A stretch of DNA of 64,000 nucleotides from Eubacteriales bacterium. GTDB taxonomy: Bacteria; Bacillota; Clostridia; Oscillospirales; CAG-272. The stretch spans positions 541-64,540 of the forward strand of contig JAZSKY010000054.1 of assembly GCA_045535095.1 (NCBI GenBank), written 5' to 3'. The notes beneath the pieces were generated by a model. The model had not been told where the DNA came from and ran no database searches. It saw only the letters and a program-made list of their open reading frames with translations. This document shows positions 56,666-64,000 of this stretch, in pieces; within the stretch, counting starts at the first letter, position 1, and every line of letters starts with the position of its first letter. The position numbers were made by a program, and so were the translations under genes.

Positions 56666-57279
56666 TTATTCTGCCGACTCAGCAATTTCCTCAGCGGGCT
56701 TGACCTTGTTGTAGGGATTAACCTTGTTGTAGAAGTTCGCGGAAGCGGTCTGCATATAGGGTCCTGCGTAAATAAACGCGATACCGAGGGTAATGAGACC
56801 GAGAAGAATCCAACCGATAAAGGAAAGCTGAAGAATGAAATACTCCATCTTGTGTCCCCTCATCATTTTTTCGGAGCGCGAAATAGCCTCAAGCGCGCCG
56901 ATCGACGGATCCTCTGCAACGATATACATCGCCATCGAGTAAGAATATGTCTTGATTATTCCGGGAATGATAAAGAGAAGCGACCAGAGGAATGTGAAAA
57001 GTCCCGTAAGGAAGCCTACCTTGAAAGCGATCCAGAAATCGCCGAAGCTGTTAAATACATCGCCGATCTCAGGCTTTTTGCCTGCGGTAACACCGAGATA
57101 TATTCTGACAAGGCTATCGCGAATGCAGGAGTGACGATCAGTCCGCAAAGTATGCCTAGTCCGGGAATACCGCTTGCTGCCGACGTGATGAGCGACACGA
57201 TCAGGTTAATTACAAACAAGACACCTATCTTGCCCTTTATCTGTTCTTTTGCCGCGCTTTTGAATTCTTTTCTATCCAT
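56666..57279 (-). pseudogene. DUF975 family membrane protein, interrupted by a 1-nt frameshift
   Basis: Frame A from ATG 57279 reads MDRKEFKSAAKEQIKGKIGVLFVINLIVSL...TPAFAIAL. Frame B (ORF 56666..57148) continues RIYLGVTAGKKPEIGDVFNSFGDFW... Joined together they give a normal DUF975 protein. The switch lies near 57100-57112. Confidence 0.7.
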
Positions 57280-57382
57280 AGAAAACCTCCAAAGATGTTT
57301 TTCGGGAAATATTTTTCTCCCGTAAATACATTTTAGCAAATTTTCCGATAAAAGTCAATAGTCTGCGACATTTTCCGCTTTC

Positions 57383-57736
57383 TTATTTTGCCTTGCTCTT
57401 AAATAAAAGAGCAGAGACGAGCGCGGCAACGAGAGTCACGCTGATTCCGACCGCCGAGGCAGAGAGTCCGCCGCGAAAGGCTCCGAGCAGTCCCTCACTG
57501 TCAATTGCCTTGATGACACCGCTCGCAAGCACGTTTCCAAATCCCATAAGAGGCACGGACGCGCCGCAAAGCGCAAAATCGACGAGACGCTTATATATCC
57601 CGAGCGCGCCGAGCACGGTTCCCGAAACGACGTATATAACGAGGATGCGCGCAGGAGTCATCTTCGTTTTGTCTATCAGTATCTGCGCAGGCACACAGAG
57701 TGCGCCTCCGACAAGAAAAGCCCATAAAAACTGCAT
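57383..57736 (-). CDS. spoVAE: stage V sporulation protein AE (SpoVAEb-type)
   Basis: MQFLWAFLVGGALCVPAQILID...PARILV..V..G..LG..G.Y matches the SpoVAE pattern (117 aa). Start at 57736, 1 nt after the spoVAD stop. Confidence 0.85.
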   Translation of the reverse strand: MQFLWAFLVGGALCVPAQILIDKTKMTPARILVIYVVSGTVLGALGIYKRLVDFALCGASVPLMGFGNVLASGVIKAIDSEGLLGAFRGGLSASAVGISVTLVAALVSALLFKSKAK

Positions 57737-57737
57737 T

Positions 57738-58742
57738 TTAATTACCCTTTCCTTTTGTATTTGCCGAAAAATGCACGAGATGTGCGACCGCAGGAATGCT
57801 CTCACCCTGCTGAATACTCGTCGGACTCATAAGCGCGCCCGTACCGATAAAAAGCACCTCGCGAAGGGCTCCCGCCTCGATCTCGGGCAGTATTTTCGCC
57901 GCAAGCACGAGCGCACTGCATCCGCAACCCGATCCGCCCGCGTGCATATCTTGATTTTCTCTGTCGAAAACGATAAGTCCGCAGTCGCTGTAATTCTCGC
58001 CCAGCCTTTTGCCCCTTTTTGCCATAAGATCTCTGACTATCGAATACCCCTCGTATCCGAGGTCGCCCGTAACTATAAGATCGTAGTCGGACGGAGCGCT
58101 TACGCTTTCCTCAAAATAGCGGCAGAGGGTATCAATAGCAGCAGGCGCCATCGCCGCGCCCATATTGTTTATATCCTTTATTCCGCCGTCACGCACCTTA
58201 CCGATCATTATATCGGAGACGGACGCCTTTCCTCCCTTGTCTGCGATTATAAAAGCGCCCGACGCGGTGACGGTATGCTGTGAGGTGGGCGTTCTCTGTC
58301 CGCCGTACTCGAGAGGAAAGCGGAACTGCCTCTCCGCCGAGCAAAAATGAGAGGAGGTCACAGCGCCCGTGCATTGCGCATACCCCGATGCCACCGTCAT
58401 TGATGCGAGTGCTATCGACTCCGCACAGGTCGAGCATGCTCCGTAAAGACCGACGAAGGGGACGTCGAAGCCCGAGAGTCCGTAGCTTGACGAGGTACAC
58501 TGATTCATAAGGTCGCCCGCAAAGACGGCGGACGGTCTTACTGTCGGCGAAAGCTTTGAGAGAGCACCCGAAAAGGCGAGTCTTTGCATCTCGCTTTCCG
58601 CCTTTTCCCACGTATCCTTCAAAAATCTTCCGTCGTCCGAATATTCCTCTATGAGATGACCTATCGGTCCTTCCTTTTCTTTTTTGCCCGATACGGCGTA
58701 GTAGGAGACCACCGACGGACGCTTGTCAAATTTTATATACAT
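57738..58742 (-). CDS. spoVAD: stage V sporulation protein AD
   Basis: Thiolase-like fold with the typical start ...SVVSYYAVSGKKEKEGP... and the GLYGACST and GTGALMSPT motifs. Confidence 0.9.
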   Translation of the reverse strand: MYIKFDKRPSVVSYYAVSGKKEKEGPIGHLIEEYSDDGRFLKDTWEKAESEMQRLAFSGALSKLSPTVRPSAVFAGDLMNQCTSSSYGLSGFDVPFVGLYGACSTCAESIALASMTVASGYAQCTGAVTSSHFCSAERQFRFPLEYGGQRTPTSQHTVTASGAFIIADKGGKASVSDIMIGKVRDGGIKDINNMGAAMAPAAIDTLCRYFEESVSAPSDYDLIVTGDLGYEGYSIVRDLMAKRGKRLGENYSDCGLIVFDRENQDMHAGGSGCGCSALVLAAKILPEIEAGALREVLFIGTGALMSPTSIQQGESIPAVAHLVHFSANTKGKGN

Positions 58743-58794
58743 TTTTCTTCCTCTGTTTTTGTTTTATTGTTTGCAAGAAACAGGGATTTATGCA

Positions 58795-58832
58795 AAAAGA
58801 AAACCGCCGTAAATTATGGCGGTTTTTATTTT
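58795..58832 (-). terminator. terminator after ORF 58836..59318 (hairpin usable in both directions)
   Basis: aaaccgcc-gtaaattat-ggcggttt with an A-rich tract upstream and a T-rich tract downstream. Confidence 0.55.
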
Positions 58833-58835
58833 ATG

Positions 58836-59318
58836 TTATTTTAAGTAATATTCATTTTCGCCTATTATCAGACGATTTCCCGACAAGCGCCAATCTCTTT
58901 TCCACTTGTAAACTTTTCCGTCGAAACAAAGCGTCTTATCCTCGCTAAGCGACCAAGCTTCATTGCTTTTATCTGTCATGCGCTGATTGTGCGGGTTGTA
59001 ATAATTGCATATGCGAACCGTACCTACAGACACGATTCCTGTTGAATAAAAATCCATACTCTCTATGTACTCGGTAAAATCACTTAAGGAGAACGAATTA
59101 CCCAAAGGAGCATAGTCTTCTTTTTCGGGCGGAATAGAATCTTCAGTTATATACCAAACATCAGAAGAGAGCTTTTTCACAATATAGTGTGCAGAATTGA
59201 AATACACAGTTAATGAAACTGCAAGAACAATGACTACAGCCGCCAAAGCAATATAAAACCATTTGTTGCGGAATATTTTATATTTTTTGTTCTCAACATT
59301 ATTCGTTACATCAATCAT
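58836..59318 (-). CDS. hypothetical membrane-anchored protein (orphan, AT-rich)
   Basis: The ATG at 59318 (MIDVTNNVENKKYKIFRNKWFYIALAAVVIVLAVSLTVYF...) has GAAAGGAAAA upstream. One N-terminal TM helix. No family recognised. The longer track start runs into the repeat. Confidence 0.5.
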   Translation of the reverse strand: MIDVTNNVENKKYKIFRNKWFYIALAAVVIVLAVSLTVYFNSAHYIVKKLSSDVWYITEDSIPPEKEDYAPLGNSFSLSDFTEYIESMDFYSTGIVSVGTVRICNYYNPHNQRMTDKSNEAWSLSEDKTLCFDGKVYKWKRDWRLSGNRLIIGENEYYLK

Positions 59319-59348
59319 TTTCGTTTTCCTTTCGTTGTGTTTCAATAA

Positions 59349-59394
59349 CTCCTTCCGTCTCGCCCCGCGAGCCACCTCCCTCTAGAGGGAGGCC
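59349..59394 (-). repeat. half copy (first half, read on the minus strand) of the GC-rich multi-hairpin repeat
   Basis: Minus strand reads ggcctccctctagagggaggtggctcgcggggcgagacggaaggag, against gcctccctcttgagggaggtggcacaacggagtcgtgacggaaggag in the full copy. Confidence 0.65.
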
Positions 59395-59738
59395 TTTACA
59401 ACGGCATCTATATATTTGCATACTCCTATAAAATTATCGTTTATTTGTCTGTTCGTAAAACGTATTACTTTTAATCCGTACTCTTTCAAAACCTCTGTAC
59501 GAAATTCGTCTTTATTTTTTCCTTCCGCCGTGTAGTGCTGTGATCCGTCTATTTCTATAATCAGTCTTGCTCTATAACAGTAAAAATCAGCTATAAAGTT
59601 ATCTATTGCCTTTTGACGTTGAAACCTAATTTCATATTTTGATAAAAAATCGTACCACAAGTGATTTTCTTCCGGCGTAGCGTTTTTGCGTAAATTTTTC
59701 GCAAGTGATATGTTTTTGCCGTTATATTTGAGTGGCAT
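59382..59738 (-). CDS. DUF559 domain protein (Vsr-like PD-(D/E)XK endonuclease fold)
   Basis: 118 aa. LRKNATPEENHLWYDFL...RFQRQKAI.NFIADFYC...LIIEIDGSQH...D..R...L...G..V.RF.N is the DUF559 signature. AT-rich. The stop codon lies inside the repeat hairpin. Confidence 0.85.
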   Translation of the reverse strand: MPLKYNGKNISLAKNLRKNATPEENHLWYDFLSKYEIRFQRQKAIDNFIADFYCYRARLIIEIDGSQHYTAEGKNKDEFRTEVLKEYGLKVIRFTNRQINDNFIGVCKYIDAVVKASL

Positions 59739-59781
59739 CGCTTCTCCTTATCTCTATTTTGTAAATTTCATTTTGCAAGCA

Positions 59782-59874
59782 GGCTCCCTCTTGAGGGAGC
59801 TGTCGCCGAAGGCGACTGAGGGAGTGACTCCTTCCGTCACGACTCCGTTGTGCCACCTCCCTCAAGAGGGAGGC
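59782..59874 (-). repeat. full copy of the GC-rich multi-hairpin repeat
   Basis: 93 nt of consecutive hairpins: cctccctc/gagggagg, gtgac/gtcac, gtcgc/gcgac with a cttcg loop, and gctccctc/gagggagc. It starts 5 nt after the stop of the histidine phosphatase gene. Confidence 0.65.
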
Positions 59875-59879
59875 TTTAA

Positions 59880-60521
59880 TCACACCTTCGCGGGAAATCT
59901 CGTTACAAGATCGCCGAGATGCTCGTCGTATCCGGCCATTATCTCGGTGAATTTTCCGTCCGCATATTCAAACTCGGACACCGATGCGTTAGTTACCCAT
60001 CTGATATTTTTCATCTCAGAAAGAGGCTTTTCTGCGCAGTGGCAACGAAGGGCGCGGATCGGGGTTGCGTGAGTTGCGATGGCAACCGTTTTTCCATCGT
60101 TTTCCGCGGCTATTTTTTCAAGCGCGGACACAAATCGTCTCTGGAGCGAGGCTACCGACTCTCCGCCGTCACAAACCGCCTCTCCGATATTGCAGAGCCA
60201 GACGTTTTTGTACTCGTCGAAGGTCTCGTAAAGCTCTTCGAAGCGGCGTCCCTCCCAGAGTCCTGCACTTATCTCGCGCAGATCTTTGTCGCATATCGGA
60301 TCAAGTCCGATTATATCTCCTATCGCAAGTCCTACGGCAAGCGCTCTTTTCAGGTCGCTTGAATAAACCTTATCTATTTTATAATTTTCGCACAGATACT
60401 CGGCAGTCTTTTTTGCCTGCAAAAGTCCCAGCTCCGAGGGTGGCGAGTCAAAATGACCTGCAAAGACCTCCTCGACGTTTGCCATACTCTGTCCGTGTCT
60501 TATTATAAGAAATCTCGTCAT
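59880..60521 (-). CDS. histidine phosphatase family protein (PGAM/CobC-like)
   Basis: LIIRHGQSMANV (RHG motif) and a later H in ATHATP. Start at 60521. Confidence 0.85.
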   Translation of the reverse strand: MTRFLIIRHGQSMANVEEVFAGHFDSPPSELGLLQAKKTAEYLCENYKIDKVYSSDLKRALAVGLAIGDIIGLDPICDKDLREISAGLWEGRRFEELYETFDEYKNVWLCNIGEAVCDGGESVASLQRRFVSALEKIAAENDGKTVAIATHATPIRALRCHCAEKPLSEMKNIRWVTNASVSEFEYADGKFTEIMAGYDEHLGDLVTRFPAKV

Positions 60522-60537
60522 TTTTATCCTTTCCATC

Positions 60538-61410
60538 TTACAGAGCGTATTTGCGGCAGACTCTGTTTTCATAATAGCAGGCGTACTCAAATCCCATTTC
60601 GCGGAGCATCTCGCTTATTTCAGAGAAGCTGTGTCCCACCTTGGTAGGGTGATGCGCGTCGCTGGCGACAGTAATTAGCTCTCCGCCCATTTCGCGGTAT
60701 TTTCTGATTATCCACTCGTCGGGATAGAGTATTCCGAGATCCTTTTTCGGAGAGGTATTTACCTCCATTGCTATTTTGCGCTCAATGATCTTTTCAAAGA
60801 CCTTTTCGATCTTGCCTTCGTACGGATGAAGATCAACGTTCAGTCCCTTTTTTCTTAAAATATAGGCTTTAACACAGCCAAGATGCGCCATAATGTCCAT
60901 ATCCTGCTCACTGACGCAGCGAAGGAGATCGTCAAAATAGCGGTCAAAAAAGTCTGCTATCTCCTTTTCGGAGACCTTTGCCCAGTCTATCATCGAAAAC
61001 GCTCTGTCAAAGCCGGTCTTACCCTCGGTAAGCGGACTTTCAACTGCGTGCACGGAGCCGATTATAACGTCATAGTCAAGCGACGAGATCAGCTTCTTCA
61101 CCTTTTCGGGAAACCAGAATCCCTCACCTATCTCGATTCCGCGAAGAATCCTGATCTTATCTCCGAAAGCTTCTTGCGTTTCGGCGATTTCTCTGTGAGA
61201 CTCGGCAATATTTGTGTAAATGTCGAGATTTTCGTCGTCACGGCACAAAAAAGTGTCGCAGTGATCGGTAACAGCCATGATCTTCACCCCTGCTGCTACA
61301 CCCGCCTCGCACATCTCGGCAATCGGAAATCTCGCATCGTGCGAATTTCTCGAGTGAGTATGCATATCGACAAATCCGTCTATCTTTTCAAGTTGATTAA
61401 GTTCGCCCAT
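60538..61410 (-). CDS. histidinol-phosphatase family protein (PHP domain, HisJ-like)
   Basis: DMHTHS..SHDA, AVTDH, GSVH, HLG and ASDAHH metal-ligand motifs in PHP order. Confidence 0.85.
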   Translation of the reverse strand: MGELNQLEKIDGFVDMHTHSRNSHDARFPIAEMCEAGVAAGVKIMAVTDHCDTFLCRDDENLDIYTNIAESHREIAETQEAFGDKIRILRGIEIGEGFWFPEKVKKLISSLDYDVIIGSVHAVESPLTEGKTGFDRAFSMIDWAKVSEKEIADFFDRYFDDLLRCVSEQDMDIMAHLGCVKAYILRKKGLNVDLHPYEGKIEKVFEKIIERKIAMEVNTSPKKDLGILYPDEWIIRKYREMGGELITVASDAHHPTKVGHSFSEISEMLREMGFEYACYYENRVCRKYAL

Positions 61411-61564
61411 AAAGCCACCGCCGTTTCGTTAAACTGCCCTAATTATACAACTTATATTTTCTTTTGTCAACACGAAATATTTACTTTATACCACTTTACA
61501 AGTATATATTTTTAGTGTATAATTAAGGGGATAAGTTTTGAAATTTCAGAAAGGAAGGGATTTT

Positions 61565-62281
61565 ATGAGCATTGATATTTCACTGTACTCTATCTGTGCA
61601 GACGTAGAAAAAGACCTGACCTTTCTGTTTTTTTCAGACCTTCACGGCTGTAAAAACGAGGGGCTGTACGAGGTCATCCGAGACCTACCGCACGACGCCG
61701 TTCTCGTTGGCGGCGATTTCGTACACGACGAAAAGAACTACAAGCGAGGAATCGAGTTTTTAAAGACGGTCTCCGAAAAGGAAAACTGCATAGTCTGTCT
61801 CGGAAATCACGACAGCTGTTATCCGGGTGACGTAAGAAAAGCGGTCACAGACTGCGGTGCCACCCTTCTTGACAACTCGTATATAGAACTTGGCGGAATA
61901 AAGATCGCTTCTCTTACCTCGGGAGAGTTTTATATGCCCGAAAGAAAACCTAAAACCGCTTGGCTTTCCGATTTTTCGTCTCTTGACGGCTTTAAAATGC
62001 TTCTCTGCCACAGGCCTGAATACTTTAGGAAATATATCAGAAGCTTTGACATTGACCTGACCGTTTCGGGACACGCCCACGGCGGTCAGTGGCGAATATT
62101 CAAACGAGGCGTTTACGCGCCCGGTCAGGGAATATTCCCGAAATACACCGCAGGGCTTTATGAAAACCGCCTTATCGTCGGCAGAGGGCTCGGAAACCCC
62201 CACCTTATTCCGAGAATAAACAACCGCCCCGAAATACTCGTTATCAGTATAACTGCTAAAAAAACGGAGGAAAACAAATGA
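61565..62281 (+). CDS. metallophosphoesterase (calcineurin-like)
   Basis: FSDLHG, GGDFVHD, GNHD and GHAHGGQ motifs. The ATG at 61565 has an AAGGAAGGGA RBS. Confidence 0.85.
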   Translation: MSIDISLYSICADVEKDLTFLFFSDLHGCKNEGLYEVIRDLPHDAVLVGGDFVHDEKNYKRGIEFLKTVSEKENCIVCLGNHDSCYPGDVRKAVTDCGATLLDNSYIELGGIKIASLTSGEFYMPERKPKTAWLSDFSSLDGFKMLLCHRPEYFRKYIRSFDIDLTVSGHAHGGQWRIFKRGVYAPGQGIFPKYTAGLYENRLIVGRGLGNPHLIPRINNRPEILVISITAKKTEENK

Positions 62282-64000
62282 AAAGAATAATTGCCTTCCT
62301 TATCGTTGTTACTATGATACTCACTATGCTCGTCGGATGCAAGAAGGACGAGTCGGACGGCTCCTCTACCGCAGGAGACACCGATATCTCGTTCAAAATA
62401 CCCGACGGACTCAGCGGCACCGACATAATAAAGCTTCTTCTCGCATCGCGCCGCCTTGACTCCCAACTTCTCAAAAACGAGGGAGACCTTTTCGAGAGCG
62501 GCTCGGCAGTAATGCAGACTCTTGCCGAAAGAGCGTCAGCAAATCTTCCCGCCTCGTATCTTGCAGAGACGTCCGAAGCACCTCGCGGCGGAAAGCTCAC
62601 CCTTGACGGCGACCTCTTTTCGTGGAGCGATTTCCCCGAAAACTGCAATTCCTACGATTATTTTGAAAATATCACGCAAAATATAATATCCTGCGCTATG
62701 CAGGGCGCAACTCTAATAGACGACACCAAAAGACTTGTCCGCGTACTTGACAAGTGGGTGTCTGTTGGCGCGTCTCAGTATTATCTCGGCGTAAGCGAGG
62801 ATTCGGAGATAATCTTCTCACGCGAGGAAGATCTTATCCGCATCTGCCGAAGATACAAAAATGATAGCGGCGAAAACGTTTACGAAATGTATTTCTCGGG
62901 CGACGGATTTGAGTCGAGAATGCTTTACGTCCCGGGTATGCGCTACGAATGGTCTGAAAAAATAAGCGAAAGCGAAGGCACGTATTTCGTTGCGGACAAC
63001 TCAAAGGGATACTGGGAGACCCTCGTTATCGGCGAGACTCCCGACCACTACAACGTATCCTGCTTCGTTATGAAAAACGATATATGCTACGATGCCGCGT
63101 ACGATGCCTCGACAGGAGAAATATCAATTCTCCGAATTATCAGCAGCGACAGAGCGACAGATATCCTCTCGGTCACAGATTTTTCAGACTCCTCTCTTAT
63201 CACCTTAAATCTCGGCGCGTTTGACGGAATCGGCAGTGTCGAGATCGTTGCAGGAGAGGGCAAGACCGCCCCCACGTTCGGTGAAAGCACAGACGAAACG
63301 ACCGTAATATACAGTAGCGAGGGCGAGATATACGCCACAACCACGGGAGTTGACAGCGCAACACTGAATCTTGTAAACGGCGGCAAAATAGAGTACGGCG
63401 TACAGTACGCAGGAAGCTCTGTTATGGCAGGAAGAGTCCTTGTATCGTACGGAAGTGAGGTCTATACGGGAATGCTCGAGCTGACAGTTTCGGGCTCGAC
63501 CTACGGCGAGAGACTTGCAAATCTCAAAGAATTCTTAAATGAGGTGGGACTTGAGTGCAGACGCGACACAGACACCGTCCTTTCGGGAATAGAGCGCGCG
63601 TCCACCGAGACCGACTCCACTCTGAAATATTACAGATGGCACGGCTTTTCAATAAAAACCGAGGGAAATATAGCATCGGCACTTTCTGTTGAGGACACTA
63701 TATTCGACACGCTCCGCGCATCTTACAGCGAAATAAAGGATACCGAGGTCATAGACTTCACAGACAAGGAAACTCTTGAGCTGAATATAGACTTTTCGCC
63801 CGTATCGGTGACGAGCCTCACAGGCGCGGTCTTTGAGAATATGAGCGCCGAGATAATCGGACTCGTTTTAAACGTCAGCGACACTACCCTTTTCGTTGAA
63901 AACGCATCGTACACGATAGGCTTTGCTCTCGTTGAGGAAAACAGCGCAAACGTGATCCATATTCCCGTTGAAAGTCCGACCGAAACGGTCTATACAAGGG
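62278..64000 (+). CDS. large lipoprotein of unknown function (3' end beyond the window)
   Basis: Not in the ORF track because no stop occurs before nt 64000. I translated the frame by eye from ATG 62278 and found it open to the end (over 570 codons). The ATG overlaps the upstream TGA (ATGA). Signal peptide plus lipobox MKRIIAFLIVVTMILTMLVGC. Confidence 0.6.
   Translation, partial: MKRIIAFLIVVTMILTMLVGCKKDESDGSSTAGDTDISFKIPDGLSGTDIIKLLLASRRLDSQLLKNEGDLFESGSAVMQTLAERASANLPASYLAETSEAPRGGKLTLDGDLFSWSDFPENCNSYDYFENITQNIISCAMQGATLIDDTKRLVRVLDKWVSVGASQYYLGVSEDSEIIFSREEDLIRICRRYKNDSGENVYEMYFSGDGFESRMLYVPGMRYEWSEKISESEGTYFVADNSKGYWETLVIGETPDHYNVSCFVMKNDICYDAAYDASTGEISILRIISSDRATDILSVTDFSDSSLITLNLGAFDGIGSVEIVAGEGKTAPTFGESTDETTVIYSSEGEIYATTTGVDSATLNLVNGGKIEYGVQYAGSSVMAGRVLVSYGSEVYTGMLELTVSGSTYGERLANLKEFLNEVGLECRRDTDTVLSGIERASTETDSTLKYYRWHGFSIKTEGNIASALSVEDTIFDTLRASYSEIKDTEVIDFTDKETLELNIDFSPVSVTSLTGAVFENMSAEIIGLVLNVSDTTLFVENASYTIGFALVEENSANVIHIPVESPTETVYTR

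Overview
This is a 64-kb chromosomal segment, inferred to come from a spore-forming Firmicute of Clostridia type. The inference rests on spoVAD/spoVAE, abrB, remA, a PASTA Ser/Thr kinase and Bacillus/Clostridium-like gene order. No database search was possible. Most of the window is housekeeping. On the minus strand: ssrA (tmRNA) and smpB; the holB-ricT-(ferredoxin)-trmN6-like-rsmI cluster; murI; and a complete fused S10-spc-alpha ribosomal operon (rpsJ to rplQ, 28.4-44.1 kb, including secY-adk-map-infA-rpmJ-rpoA). On the plus strand: rlmN-PP2C-prkC-lepA-hemW and yicC-remA-rpoZ-priA-def-fmt-rsmB. Accessory content is as follows. (1) An AT-rich block at 0.5-2.0 kb sits next to a duplicated tmRNA 3' end that looks like an integration scar. 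(2) Two tandem paralogous GH43-CBM-LamG-like lipoprotein genes lie beside an AraC regulator and a truncated or chimeric nagA. (3) There are two decayed genes: a surface protein with an in-frame TAG plus a poly-G frameshift, and a frameshifted DUF975 gene. (4) The most unusual item is a GC-rich multi-hairpin repeat present three times. Two copies (one full, one half) bracket an AT-rich DUF559 (Vsr-like nuclease) ORF inserted just upstream of spoVAD. The third copy has no ORF and sits between an orphan promoter and terminator, in a 540-bp intergenic block bounded by inverted repeats. Its stems differ from the 59-kb copy by compensatory changes. No rRNA, tRNA or CRISPR array was seen. All family assignments come from reading the translated ORFs. 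GC statements are hand counts of a few 60-nt lines only.
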